The translations under genes and the position numbers were made by a program. The notes below the pieces were generated by a model. It ran no database searches. It was not told where the DNA came from and saw only the letters and a list, made by a program, of their open reading frames with translations. Positions 1-9,029 of a stretch of DNA of 39,900 nt are shown in pieces (the stretch's first letter is position 1; each line of letters starts with the position of its first letter). Origin of the DNA: Candidatus Aenigmatarchaeota archaeon (GTDB taxonomy: Archaea; Aenigmatarchaeota; Aenigmatarchaeia; QMZS01); contig QMZS01000001.1 of the NCBI GenBank assembly GCA_003663295.1, forward strand, positions 1-39,900, in the 5' to 3' direction.

Positions 1-71
1 ACTTTTTCAAAATTTCCTTTTTTTCCTTCTTTATCATATCCCCCAAAAATAGTAATCTTTTCAATCTGCAT
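1..71 (-). CDS. 5' end of an unidentified CDS running off the window edge
   Basis: ATG at complement 71..69, open frame to position 1 (MQIEKITIFGGYDKEGKKGNFEK...). It starts 2 nt after the thioredoxin stop, suggesting co-transcription. Too short to identify. Confidence 0.25.
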   Translation of the reverse strand, partial: MQIEKITIFGGYDKEGKKGNFEK

Positions 72-72
72 T

Positions 73-501
73 CTAATCACCTAAATTTTTGTCAAGCCAT
101 TGTTTAACTGATAACTCAGGCAAAGCACCCACGAATTCATCCACAATGACGCCGCCTTTAAACATCTTTACGCTTGGGATGCTCATGATATTATAGCCCT
201 GACTTATCTGAGGATTTTCATCAACATTTACTTTTGCTAAGATAAATTTGCCTTTATACTCTTCCGCAAATTTTTCCAGCACAGGACCCAACATTAAACA
301 AGGAGCGCACCAAGGAGCCCAAAAATCAATAACTACAGGAACTTCTTTGGATTTTTCAATTACCTCTCTCTCAAAACTGCTGTCATTGACATCAATTTTA
401 ATTTCATTTACATCAACTCCAGAGTTCTTAACTAATTTTTCCATCCTGCTTTTCTTGATTTCTTCCAATTCATCCATCTTATTTACCCGTGAATCACCCA
501 A
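73..501 (-). CDS. trxA: thioredoxin
   Basis: Active-site motif WCAPC in the context VVIDFWAPWCAPCLMLGPVLEKFAEEY, then the thioredoxin-fold C-terminus (SIPSVKMFKGG). The track start at 501 is TTG. The first ATG is at 477 (MDELEE...), so the true start may be 477. Confidence 0.85.
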   Translation of the reverse strand: MGDSRVNKMDELEEIKKSRMEKLVKNSGVDVNEIKIDVNDSSFEREVIEKSKEVPVVIDFWAPWCAPCLMLGPVLEKFAEEYKGKFILAKVNVDENPQISQGYNIMSIPSVKMFKGGVIVDEFVGALPELSVKQWLDKNLGD

Positions 502-719
502 TCACTAGTGACTGTTTCACCCACATACTAAATAGATTTTAAAGTATTTATATAACTGAGGTATTGTGAATTTAAATAAAGTTAAGAATCACTACACTTT
601 AAATATTGGCTGGATAATTTAAATATTTAATAAAGAAATTAAAGTTAATTATTAATCCAGTAGAGATTTGCGCATAAACCGAAAAAATCACCTCAAAAGA
701 TTTAGAAAACAATTATTTT

Positions 720-1391
720 ATGGACAAAGAGTTTATAATTAAAGAAACTGAAGAATACATAAAAAATAGGTTTGAGGGGGAATCCACAGGACATGGGTGG
801 TGGCATATTCAGAGGGTTTTGAAAATGAGTCTAAAAATTGCTGAAAAAGAGAAAGTAAATTCCTCGGAAGAAATTGACTTATTTGTTATTCAATTAGCCG
901 CATTATTGCATGATATCGCTGACTGGAAATTTAATTCAGGGGATGATTCTATTGGGTCAAAAATGGCCAGAGAATTGCTTGAAAAATTTGGGGTTGATGA
1001 AAAAACAATTTCTGCGATTTGCGAAATTGTGAAAAATATATCTTTCCGCGGGGGAACTGTGAATTCGGAGATGAAAACAATTGAAGGAAAAATTGTTCAG
1101 GACGCGGACAGGATGGATGCGATTGGGGCGATTGGGATTGCAAGAGCTTTTGCTTATGGGGGATTAAGAGATAGAGAGATTCATAATCCAGATATGAAAC
1201 CAATAAAATGTAAATCTTTTAAAGAATATAAAAATTACAAAGGAACCACAATCAACCATTTTTATGAAAAAATATTGTTGCTGAAAGACAAGATGAACAC
1301 AAAAACCGGGAAAGAAATAGCTGAAGAAAGGCACAAGTTTATGGAAGGTTTTCTTGAGGAATTTTTTTGGGAGTGGGAAGGGAAAAATTAA
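720..1391 (+). CDS. HD-domain metal-dependent phosphohydrolase
   Basis: H...HD signature (GHGWWHIQRV ... LLHDIADWK ... QDADRMDAIGAIG), typical of YedJ-like HD superfamily proteins. Confidence 0.8.
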   Translation: MDKEFIIKETEEYIKNRFEGESTGHGWWHIQRVLKMSLKIAEKEKVNSSEEIDLFVIQLAALLHDIADWKFNSGDDSIGSKMARELLEKFGVDEKTISAICEIVKNISFRGGTVNSEMKTIEGKIVQDADRMDAIGAIGIARAFAYGGLRDREIHNPDMKPIKCKSFKEYKNYKGTTINHFYEKILLLKDKMNTKTGKEIAEERHKFMEGFLEEFFWEWEGKN

Positions 1392-1464
1392 TCAATTAAT
1401 GATAATTTGTAATAATTATATCTATTTAAATCATCTTTTATAGATCCGTAGGTTTTTCCGCAAA

Positions 1465-1911
1465 TCATACCACCTGCAATAAATTTTCCTGAGTAACTTC
1501 CACCAAACAAAAATCTGGACTTTTGAAAGAATCTTTTTTCTCCATAATCTCAAATTCAAAATCTATAAGAACTAACCCTTCCAATTCTCCCTGAAAAACA
1601 TCCATTTCAGCAATTTGATTTTCATAAGGGTAATAATATCTTATTTTATGAACAACTTCCCCCTCCAATCTACTGAGTCCCTCAAATTCCCTTTCTGTAA
1701 ATATAATTGTTTGTTATCTCGTATATGAAGCATCGCCTTATTTTATAGGTTCTTTTTTAGTCATCTCATATTTATCTCTATTTTTTCTGATTCTTATTTT
1801 TGGGTGTGCACTTGATTTCGGGATATAAATATCAAGAATTTCTTTTGATTTGCAATTCTTTAAATTTCCAGGTATGAACTTTGCTAAATAAATTCTTTCC
1901 AGTTCAATCAT
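1465..1911 (-). pseudogene. CYTH-domain (triphosphate tunnel metalloenzyme) gene interrupted by two in-frame TAA codons
   Basis: ATG at complement 1911 gives MIELERIYLAKFIPGNLKNCKSKEILDIYIPKSSAHPKIRIRKNRDKYEMTKKEPIK, then TAA (1740..1738), GDASYTR, TAA (1716..1714), QTIIFTEREFEGLSRLEGEVVHKIRYYYPYENQIAEMDVFQGELEGLVLIDFEFE... All parts are in one frame. The E-x-E-x-K N-terminus and the VDxFxGxLxGLxLxExE C-terminus are CYTH hallmarks. The ORF track shows only the last 67 aa. Confidence 0.65.
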
Positions 1912-1925
1912 AATTAATAAATAAT

Positions 1926-2663
1926 TTATATTAATTTTCTAATTTGGTTCAGACTAATTTTTCTATCTTCTTTATCAGGATTGTGAAGCTCCAAAGTAAT
2001 ATTCCCAGAATAATCTATTTCCTTTAATTTATCAAAAATTGGTGTAAACTTAATATTCCCGGCTCCGATTGGGAGGTGCAAATCAGCCTTTTCTGCATCC
2101 CCGCCAACATTATCATGCGCATGCAGATGTTTAAGAATTTTGCTAAAATTATCTATCAAATTCAAAGAACGATTTTCCTTTGCAAAAAGATTAGCATGCC
2201 CTATATCCAAACAGAATTTTATTTCAGGAATTCTATCAAAAACTTTCTTAAGAATTTCTGTATCTTCTTCAGTATTTTCTAAAACAATTACAGAATCTTT
2301 ACTTTTTGCAAAATCAGTCAATTCTTTCAAAGCTCTGATTTTTAAATCAAAATTATCTTTAGTGGCTAAATTTCTGCTGAACAAATGAATTACAAACAAA
2401 TTTATATTTTGGTCTGATAAAATTTTTATGAATTTCTTGCATTTATCCAGCTCTTCTTTTGTAAAATCAATTTCGGGAAGATGCCCAACCAAAATTGGAA
2501 TTATATTTTTGAGTCTTTTAAGTTCAAGTTCAAATGTTTCATTAGGTTCTAACGGTGAACCCAAATCCAGTTCCGCAAAATCATAACCAGTTGTTTTCAA
2601 ATTTTGCAATTCAGATTCCAATTTTTGTTTGCAGTATGTTGAACCGCCAATTTTGGATTTCAT
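1926..2663 (-). CDS. sugar phosphate isomerase/epimerase (xylose isomerase-like TIM barrel)
   Basis: Motifs VLENTEE, CLDIGHANLF, HLHAHDN, DLHLPIGAGNIKF and ITLEL are typical of the AP endonuclease 2 / xylose isomerase-like TIM-barrel family. I chose the ATG at 2663 (MKSKIGG...) because the track start at 2762 would overlap the 3' end of tyrS by 86 nt. Confidence 0.7.
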   Translation of the reverse strand: MKSKIGGSTYCKQKLESELQNLKTTGYDFAELDLGSPLEPNETFELELKRLKNIIPILVGHLPEIDFTKEELDKCKKFIKILSDQNINLFVIHLFSRNLATKDNFDLKIRALKELTDFAKSKDSVIVLENTEEDTEILKKVFDRIPEIKFCLDIGHANLFAKENRSLNLIDNFSKILKHLHAHDNVGGDAEKADLHLPIGAGNIKFTPIFDKLKEIDYSGNITLELHNPDKEDRKISLNQIRKLI

Positions 2664-2676
2664 AATAAATTCATAA

Positions 2677-3759
2677 TTATCGAGTAACCCGAGCCTGCTG
2701 AACAATCCCCAACAAATCCCTCGCCTTTTTATTTTTCTCAAAATGATTCCGAACAGGTTCAAGTAATTTTATTAATTCCTCTGAAACCCCGTTCTTCAAA
2801 TCAAGGGGGTGGATTTTTCCCTCCCTAAAATCTTTCTCCAGAGATTCATAATTTTCAAATTCCAGATTGCCCCCGAATTTCTCAGGTCTTTCAATCTTAA
2901 ACACTTCCCTCTCACGGAAAATTATGTATTTACAGAGCTCAAGAACAGGATTTCCATTAACTTCTTTTTCCGGGCAGAATGCTTTGTTTAATTTTCCTTT
3001 AATCTCTTTTGGGGAATCATGAACAAACACGCAGGTTTCCGGTTTGCTCTTGCTCATTTTAAAATCTTCAGGCTGGATACCCGACTGGTCGCTACCCATT
3101 CTCTGAGGTCCAAGAAGACCTGATAAAAGATGGTGGTGAACGCAAACAGGTTTTTTGAATCCTAATTTTCCCGCAATTTCTCTGGACAAAATAGTTGCGT
3201 GTCTCTGGTCCATACCTAACTGACAAATATCAACCCTAAGTTCAAAAGGGTCTGCTGCCTGCATCACAGGATAGAATAATTGAGAGGTGTAAACCATATC
3301 GCCTTCTTTCCTTCCCATCACTGTGCAGCATCGCATTATTCTTTTTGTAGTAGTTAATTTTGCCACCTCAAGAACCTTTTTCCAATACTCTTTATTAGTC
3401 ACCAAATCGCTGGACCACACAATTTCAACTTTATTCATATCCACGCCAAGAGAACTCCACACTTCTACCAAATATTTTCCGGCCTGCTGGATTGTTTCAA
3501 GGTCGCCGCCCATTTTATTGTTTATCCAACCAAACCAATCAGCTATAACTAATTTAAATTTGCAACCAGCATCAACCATATCTCTTAATTTAATTGCCCT
3601 CATCAAGCCTGTGCCAACATGAGCAATCCCAGAAGGCTCAAACCCATCATAAGCAACAGGGTGATTATTTGTCTCAAGCAATTCTTTCAATTCCTCTTTG
3701 GTTATTACCTCTTCAGTTGGAGATTTCAGAATTAACTCAATTCTTTCCTCTAAATCCAT
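2677..3759 (-). CDS. tyrS: tyrosyl-tRNA synthetase (archaeal/eukaryote-like type)
   Basis: Class I aaRS. It has a HIGH-region equivalent (YDGFEPSGIAHVGTG), ADWFGWINNKMGGDLETIQ, and KMSKSKP (the KMSKS loop). Confidence 0.8.
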   Translation of the reverse strand: MDLEERIELILKSPTEEVITKEELKELLETNNHPVAYDGFEPSGIAHVGTGLMRAIKLRDMVDAGCKFKLVIADWFGWINNKMGGDLETIQQAGKYLVEVWSSLGVDMNKVEIVWSSDLVTNKEYWKKVLEVAKLTTTKRIMRCCTVMGRKEGDMVYTSQLFYPVMQAADPFELRVDICQLGMDQRHATILSREIAGKLGFKKPVCVHHHLLSGLLGPQRMGSDQSGIQPEDFKMSKSKPETCVFVHDSPKEIKGKLNKAFCPEKEVNGNPVLELCKYIIFREREVFKIERPEKFGGNLEFENYESLEKDFREGKIHPLDLKNGVSEELIKLLEPVRNHFEKNKKARDLLGIVQQARVTR

Positions 3760-3762
3760 ATT

Positions 3763-4326
3763 CTATTTCTTAGTGCCTATAAATTCTTCCAAAGGAACTG
3801 GTTCTTCTTTTTTCAGTTTCCTCATTTCATTCAAAATTAACCACAAAGAAACACCTATTGCAAGTTGATTTGTTATATTCATAGGAACTATTAAATCAAG
3901 ACCATTAACATCTGAATTTGTATTACAATAACCAATAACCGGCATCCTGTTTAAACCGGCTTCCTGAATCGCATTCCAGTTTTCATCAACATTTGTCACA
4001 AATAACAAATCAGGCTCAAAAAAATCCTTATTTCCTGTATTTGACAACACACTTGCGGTATAATTTGAAACAACCTTGGCACCTATTAATTCACCGAACT
4101 TTTTGCAGTATTTCTCGTCCAATTCAGTGCATACAATCAATACCTCTTTATTTAACAGGAAGTTAGCAACAACCCTGAGTCTTTCATCAATTTTAGTAAT
4201 ACTAAACATATTCCTGCCCTCTGAAGTGTCCCAAGCGATGAATCTGTCCAATTTCTTGTCTTTTTTCAATTCTCCTTTATTCACCCTGTATCGGATGTAA
4301 TCTTCCTTCGGGATTAGTAAGTCCAT
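3763..4326 (-). CDS. rps2: 30S ribosomal protein uS2 (divergent)
   Basis: C-terminal core EPDLLFVTNVDENWNAIQEAGLNRMPVIGYCNTNSDVNGLDLIVPMNITNQLAIGVSLWLI matches the uS2 pattern (DP..D..A..EA...IP.I...DT......VD..IP.N). The N-terminal part is divergent. Confidence 0.7.
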   Translation of the reverse strand: MDLLIPKEDYIRYRVNKGELKKDKKLDRFIAWDTSEGRNMFSITKIDERLRVVANFLLNKEVLIVCTELDEKYCKKFGELIGAKVVSNYTASVLSNTGNKDFFEPDLLFVTNVDENWNAIQEAGLNRMPVIGYCNTNSDVNGLDLIVPMNITNQLAIGVSLWLILNEMRKLKKEEPVPLEEFIGTKK

Positions 4327-4359
4327 AAGTTAACTTAAAAAATTAAAATAATAACAATA

Positions 4360-4617
4360 ATGGTAGAAGCGAATGAAAGAATTTACACAATTCCATTAAG
4401 AAAAGCGAAGAAAAAACCAGGCAACAAGAGAGCAAAAGCCGCAATAAAAGTAATAAATGAATTTGTGGAAAGACATATGAAAGCAGAAATAATAAAACTA
4501 GATAATCCTGTAAATGAATACATCTGGGAGAGAGGAGCTCACAAGATACCTTCTAAAGTGAAAGTGAAAGTGACAAAACATGAAAATACCGCAAAAGTAA
4601 TTCTTTTTCAGAAATAA
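4360..4617 (+). CDS. rpl31e: 50S ribosomal protein eL31
   Basis: ERIYTIPLRKA...KRAKAAIKVINEFVERHM...IKLDNPVNEYIWERGAHKIPSKVKVKV is the eL31 signature. Confidence 0.85.
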   Translation: MVEANERIYTIPLRKAKKKPGNKRAKAAIKVINEFVERHMKAEIIKLDNPVNEYIWERGAHKIPSKVKVKVTKHENTAKVILFQK

Positions 4618-4658
4618 CCTCAATAATTTAAGCCTATTATAAGTTTATAATTATTATT

Positions 4659-4988
4659 ATGGGTGAAGAAGAATCTGAAATTGCAAATTTACCGTTCCCT
4701 CATGCAAGAGTGAAGGAATTAATAAAAAATAAATTGAATGAGGGTACTTACATAAAGAAAAAAGCAGCAATAAACCTTAACTTGTGGCTAGGAAAATTGG
4801 CAGATCAAGTTGCGGAAGAAATAAGTAAAACAGAAAAAGCATATGTATCTGCAGAAGATGTCATTGAAGCAACAAGTAAATTTGATGCTGTAAACCGAAT
4901 AGATGAAGAAAAAACCAGAATCGCCGCACACCTGAATGCAATAAAAGAAGATATCAACAGGTTGCTTAGTGAATTAGATAGAATCTAA
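4659..4988 (+). CDS. histone-fold-like small protein with coiled-coil tail (tentative)
   Basis: LPFPHARVKELIK...(helix)...YVSAEDVIEA resembles the archaeal histone/NF-Y fold pattern LP.A.V.RI.K ... V..EDI..A. The C-terminal 35 aa look coiled-coil. Weak by-eye call. Confidence 0.4.
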   Translation: MGEEESEIANLPFPHARVKELIKNKLNEGTYIKKKAAINLNLWLGKLADQVAEEISKTEKAYVSAEDVIEATSKFDAVNRIDEEKTRIAAHLNAIKEDINRLLSELDRI

Positions 4989-4990
4989 TA

Positions 4991-5758
4991 ATGGAAGTAG
5001 AAATAAATTATCTAGAAGAACCAAAACTGAACAATCCGATTTTTGTTGAAGGTTTGCCTGGAGTTGGGAATGTTGGAAGAATTGCGGTTTCCTACTTAAT
5101 AGACAAATTAAAAGCAAAGAAATTCGCTGAGATTAAATCTTCGTACTTTTTTCCATTGGTGATGGTTGATGCAAAAAATCAGATTTCTCCTATCAGCGTA
5201 GACCTTTATTATTACAAAGACAAAAAGGACATAATATTTGTTGTTGGGGATTCTCAACCAGTGGATTACAAAGGATACTACCTTTTATGCAAAAAACTAA
5301 TTGAGATAGGACTTGCATTCAATATTAAAGAAATAATCACTACAGGGGGTTTTGGCATCGGCACTGAAAAACCGAAACCAAATGTGCTTAGCGCTATGAC
5401 AAATCCAAAAGCTTTGGCAAAATTAAAAAAAGCAGGGGTTCACTTTGAAAAAGAAAATCCAATTGGATCTATCTTCGGGGTTTCCGGTTTATTGTTAAGC
5501 TTTGGCAAAGAAAAAGGAATTGATGGTTATTCACTTCTTGGAGAAACTATGGGCTATCCAATAATTACAGACCCAAAAGCCGCAGAAGAAGTCCTAAAAA
5601 TTCTTATGAAACTTCTTGAAGTCGATGTTGATTTAAAGGATATTGACAAAAGCGTTAAACAACTCGAGGTTTTCATGAAAACAATTGAAGATAAGACAAA
5701 ACAATTAATGCAACAGTTCCAGAAACCGGGAAAAGGTTATTCTGAATATATTGAATAA
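4991..5758 (+). CDS. PAC2-family (proteasome assembly chaperone-like) protein
   Basis: N-terminus LEEPKLNNPIFVEGLPGVGNVGRIAVSYLIDKL matches the PAC2/COG1938 pattern (P.li.GfpG.G.VG..a..yLi..L). Confidence 0.65.
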   Translation: MEVEINYLEEPKLNNPIFVEGLPGVGNVGRIAVSYLIDKLKAKKFAEIKSSYFFPLVMVDAKNQISPISVDLYYYKDKKDIIFVVGDSQPVDYKGYYLLCKKLIEIGLAFNIKEIITTGGFGIGTEKPKPNVLSAMTNPKALAKLKKAGVHFEKENPIGSIFGVSGLLLSFGKEKGIDGYSLLGETMGYPIITDPKAAEEVLKILMKLLEVDVDLKDIDKSVKQLEVFMKTIEDKTKQLMQQFQKPGKGYSEYIE

Positions 5759-5793
5759 ATAAGCAATTAACTTAATTTAAACTTTATAATATA

Positions 5794-5955
5794 ATGGGAC
5801 TTACAATATTTGAGAAAACTAGGATAATTGGTGCAAGAGTTTTGCAACTTTCCTGCGGAGCACCAGCACTTATTAAATTAAACGGGACACCTATAGAAAT
5901 TGCCGAAGCAGAGCTCAAAAAGGGAATTTTGCCAATTGTGGCGGTTAGAGAATAA
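5794..5955 (+). CDS. rpoK: DNA-directed RNA polymerase subunit K (Rpo6/omega-like)
   Basis: 53-aa ORF, below the ORF-track cutoff: MGLTIFEKTRIIGARVLQLSCGAPALIKLNGTPIEIAEAELKKGILPIVAVRE. The LT.YE.ARIIGARALQLS.GAP ... IA..EL..G.LPI motif defines RpoK/Rpb6. Confidence 0.75.
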   Translation: MGLTIFEKTRIIGARVLQLSCGAPALIKLNGTPIEIAEAELKKGILPIVAVRE

Positions 5956-6097
5956 AATTTAATTTGAATTTTAAATAATTATTTATTTAGCTAAGAAAAT
6001 ACCTTATTCAATTAAGAATATCAATTATTTACTTTCTTTTCAGATTATACGGCAAATCAATTAATTCCAATAAAATTTAAGTCAAAATAAAAAATAA

Positions 6098-7366
6098 TTA
6101 TTTTTTAGCAACCAAATCAATACAAACGCCTGCTGCAACTGTCTGACCCATGTCCCTTATTGCGAATCTTGATAATTGCGGTAAGTCTTTCTGAGTCTCA
6201 ATTACAACTGGTTTTGTTGGCTTGACTTTTATAATTGCTGCGTCACCTGTCTTAATGTATTCTGGGTTGTCCTGAATAACCTGACCTGTTTTTGGATCCA
6301 TTTTCTTTAGTATTTCAGTTACAGTGCAAGTTACCTGTGCTGTATGTATGTGGAAAACTGGTGTGTATCCTGGTGCAATTACAGTTGGGTGATTCAACAC
6401 AATTATCTGCGCTGTAAACTCTTCTGCAACTGTTGCTGGATTGTCTGTAGGACATATTACATCACCTTTTTTGATATCTCCTTTTCCAATACCTCTCAAG
6501 TTAAAACCTATATTATCTCCTGCTTTTGCTTCAGTTAAGGCTTGATGGTGCATTTCTATAGATTTTATTTCAGCTTTGGTTCCTGCAGGCATTATCACTA
6601 CAGGTTGGTTTGATTTCATAACTCCAGTCTCAACTCTTCCAACTGGAACAGTTCCAACACCAGTAATTGAATAAACATCCTGAATAGGTAACCTTAAAGG
6701 TTTATCTATTGGTCGTTCTACGGGTTTTATGTTATCCAAAGCTTCAACAATTGTTTTTCCTGTGTACCAAGTCATGTTTTCGCTTTTGTTTTTAATATTG
6801 TCTCCTTTGTATGCCGAAACAGGTATTATTTCAACTTCTTCCAAATTGTATCCCACTCCCTGAAGCAATTTCTCAACTGTTGCTTTAACTTCATTAAATC
6901 GCTCCTGTTTGTATTCCACAGCATCCATTTTGTTGATGGCAATTATTATCTGTTTTATACCCAAAATTTTTGACAAGTAAGCATGTTCTTTTGTTTGTTC
7001 CTGAATTCCCTCTCTTGCTGAAACAGCTAAAATTGCAATGTCTGCCTGTGAAGTTCCAACAATCATGTTCTTAATGAAATCTCTGTGCCCTGGTGCATCA
7101 ATCACAGTATAATAATATTTCTGTGTATTGAATTCCTTAAAGGCTATGTCAATTGTAACGCCTCTATCCCTTTCCTCTTTTAGTGTATCCATTACAAATG
7201 CGAACTCGAAAGTCTCTTTCTTCTTTAATTTGGCTTCATCTTTCAATTTTCTCATGGTTTCTTCCCTTACTGCACCTGTGTCGAAGAGAAGTCTGCCAAC
7301 TAAAGTTGACTTCCCATGGTCAATGTGTCCGATTGTAACCAAATTTACATGAGTTTTGTCTGCCAT
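6098..7366 (-). CDS. tuf: translation elongation factor aEF-1 alpha
   Basis: GHIDHGKST (G1), DAPGHRDF (G3), NKMD (G4), and full-length colinearity with EF-1alpha/EF-Tu domains II and III. Confidence 0.97.
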   Translation of the reverse strand: MADKTHVNLVTIGHIDHGKSTLVGRLLFDTGAVREETMRKLKDEAKLKKKETFEFAFVMDTLKEERDRGVTIDIAFKEFNTQKYYYTVIDAPGHRDFIKNMIVGTSQADIAILAVSAREGIQEQTKEHAYLSKILGIKQIIIAINKMDAVEYKQERFNEVKATVEKLLQGVGYNLEEVEIIPVSAYKGDNIKNKSENMTWYTGKTIVEALDNIKPVERPIDKPLRLPIQDVYSITGVGTVPVGRVETGVMKSNQPVVIMPAGTKAEIKSIEMHHQALTEAKAGDNIGFNLRGIGKGDIKKGDVICPTDNPATVAEEFTAQIIVLNHPTVIAPGYTPVFHIHTAQVTCTVTEILKKMDPKTGQVIQDNPEYIKTGDAAIIKVKPTKPVVIETQKDLPQLSRFAIRDMGQTVAAGVCIDLVAKK

Positions 7367-7381
7367 AATAGTAAATAAAAC

Positions 7382-7392
7382 TTTTAAATATA
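7382..7392 (-). promoter_or_regulatory. TATA-like element upstream of tuf (possible near-leaderless transcript)
   Basis: TTTTAAATATA is centred about 21 nt upstream of the tuf ATG, in the divergent tuf/7461 intergenic region. Archaeal TATA consensus is TTTAWATA. Orientation and usage are not determinable from sequence alone. Confidence 0.3.
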
Positions 7393-7460
7393 GCCCCTTA
7401 AACCGTATTATTTACACTTTAAAGGACTTTTAGTATGAATCTTAAAAAATAAACATTATT

Positions 7461-7934
7461 ATGAGAAAAAAATTGTTCAGAAACAGGGAACAAAGGAAGA
7501 AATTTATAATGGTATTCTTTGCTGTTCTTGTCGGAGGGGTATTCCTTCTGGAAATAATAGCCATACCTTTAATGTACAAAGAACCTGAAACAAATATAAA
7601 ATCGCCTGAAGAACTTGCTGAAAAATTCAAAACACAATGGATTTTTGAAGAAAATCTCACAGAGCAGGAAAAACAGTTTATGATTCAAAAAGGGGTTACC
7701 ATAGCCACATATTATTATGCCTCTGAAAGCGGTTTCTTTGAACTTGAAGATCTTGTAAAATCCCTTGAAGGACAGGTAATTCTTGAAAAAGTAAAATCCG
7801 ATGAAACAAAAATTGAATTGGAGAGCATAAGAGATTTTGTAATTATAACTGATTTTAAGGAAGAAACCCTATTTAAAGGGATTTGCGACACAATCTATTA
7901 TCCCCCTCCCGACTGCGCTTCTTTTGGAGATTAA
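7461..7934 (+). CDS. hypothetical N-terminally membrane-anchored protein
   Basis: Basic N-terminus, one hydrophobic helix (IMVFFAVLVGGVFLLEIIAIPL), then a ~115-aa soluble domain. No recognisable motif. Confidence 0.5.
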   Translation: MRKKLFRNREQRKKFIMVFFAVLVGGVFLLEIIAIPLMYKEPETNIKSPEELAEKFKTQWIFEENLTEQEKQFMIQKGVTIATYYYASESGFFELEDLVKSLEGQVILEKVKSDETKIELESIRDFVIITDFKEETLFKGICDTIYYPPPDCASFGD

Positions 7935-7958
7935 TAATCCTTTAAATAATATACTATT

Positions 7959-8156
7959 ATGGAAGAACCGCAAGTATATGTTTTTTTGGTGATTGGAGCA
8001 ATCTGCATGCTTATCGCAAGTTTGTTTGCAGGGAACGCTGAATGGGTCCTTGGAACAACAACAGCAAGTTTTTATGGAACTCTTGCAATAGCATTTGTTT
8101 TGATGCTGGCTGCAGGGATATTTTTAGTTTCTGCCGCAAAGATTGTTTGTAAATAG
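7959..8156 (+). CDS. hypothetical small 2-TM membrane protein
   Basis: 65 aa with two hydrophobic segments (VYVFLVIGAICMLIASLFAG and LAIAFVLMLAAGIFLVSAA). It starts 24 nt after the preceding gene. Confidence 0.45.
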   Translation: MEEPQVYVFLVIGAICMLIASLFAGNAEWVLGTTTASFYGTLAIAFVLMLAAGIFLVSAAKIVCK

Positions 8157-8175
8157 ATTTTGAAAACTATTATTT

Positions 8176-8979
8176 ATGAATGACATATTCGAAGAAGTAA
8201 AAGGAGCATTCAAAAAATCTATTGAAAATCTTTTTAGCACTGAAGTCAGGTATGGATTTATTACAGGAAGTTTTGCATACAAAAATCCGACAAAATTTTC
8301 GGATATTGATATAGTTATAGTTTTAGACCCTAATGGTAAAAATCAAGAAATCTTAAAATCCAAAAGATATGAATTTACAGAAGAATATCTAAAAATACAT
8401 GATGAATATAATTTAAATCCTGATACTTATTTTCCAGGAGAAATTATTTCCCAAGATATGATTTATGATGCAATAAATGGTAGAGGCTACAAAATCAAAG
8501 AAGGTCTTTATCTTGAAGATATAATCTATGAAGAACAATGGGATGACCCTGAATTAGAATATCGCTGCTGGAGAAGTATGCTGGCTTTTAACAACAATCA
8601 ATTCTTAACAGGAGATAAAAAACAGTTTGAAGAAGATAGATTATTATTAAACATTGAAATCGCAAAATATTTGCTCATCGAACATTTAAAAACCGACGGT
8701 TTTAAAGAATATAATATCTCAGAACTAAAAACGTTATTGATAAATAAGATATTATCAGGAGAAAGAAAGTTTCTTGGATTAAGAAATGGTTCCGAAACAT
8801 ACCAAAACGACTTAAAAGAAATATATGCTCAAGTATTTCCAATACTCACACAAGAAGGATTTGTATCTTCAAACCACAATAAAATTATACCAAACAAAGA
8901 AAAATTGATGGAATGGGAGCATGATAAAATATATAAATTAGAGAATGGTTTATTTAATACACCTCATTTATTTAACTAG
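8176..8979 (+). CDS. Pol-beta-superfamily nucleotidyltransferase domain protein
   Basis: GFITGSFAYKNPTKFSDIDIVIVLD is the G-S-x10-D-x-D minimal NTase signature. A ~170-aa helical C-terminal region without recognisable motifs follows. Confidence 0.6.
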   Translation: MNDIFEEVKGAFKKSIENLFSTEVRYGFITGSFAYKNPTKFSDIDIVIVLDPNGKNQEILKSKRYEFTEEYLKIHDEYNLNPDTYFPGEIISQDMIYDAINGRGYKIKEGLYLEDIIYEEQWDDPELEYRCWRSMLAFNNNQFLTGDKKQFEEDRLLLNIEIAKYLLIEHLKTDGFKEYNISELKTLLINKILSGERKFLGLRNGSETYQNDLKEIYAQVFPILTQEGFVSSNHNKIIPNKEKLMEWEHDKIYKLENGLFNTPHLFN

Positions 8980-9029
8980 AATGAAATCCGATCAAAACTT
9001 AAAGATATAAATATAGAAAAAATTATATT

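Noticed and set aside
248-508. Many medium-sized track ORFs lie antisense to, or out of frame with, strong genes. Examples: 248-508 (+), 949-1203 (-), 2076-2388 (+), 3323-3622 (+), 6344-6538 (+), 7128-7352 (+), 10356-10664 (-), 13920-14293 (-), 16535-16861 (+), 24206-24595 (+), 25475-26173 (+), 27109-27387 (+), 28133-28450 (+), 30094-30402 (+), 32355-32906 (+), 34463-35313 (-).
   Set aside because: Each lies entirely inside a longer ORF with clear family motifs on the other strand or frame. Their translations are low-complexity (Ser/Leu/Phe/Ile-rich), as expected for shadow ORFs in AT-rich DNA.
2664-2762. N-terminal 33-codon extension of the TIM-barrel ORF (track start 2762).
   Set aside because: It would overlap the last 86 nt of tyrS on the same strand. 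An ATG at 2663 follows the tyrS stop by 13 nt and gives a typical family length.
6098-7366. Idea that TAA or TAG is reassigned to an amino acid, prompted by four in-frame stops in homology-supported genes.
   Set aside because: tuf ends with TAA (and rpl31e, the HD gene and ipk also end with TAA) at a length typical for its family, and trxA ends with TAG. Stops therefore generally function as stops. Local nonsense mutations, read-through or consensus artefacts are more parsimonious.
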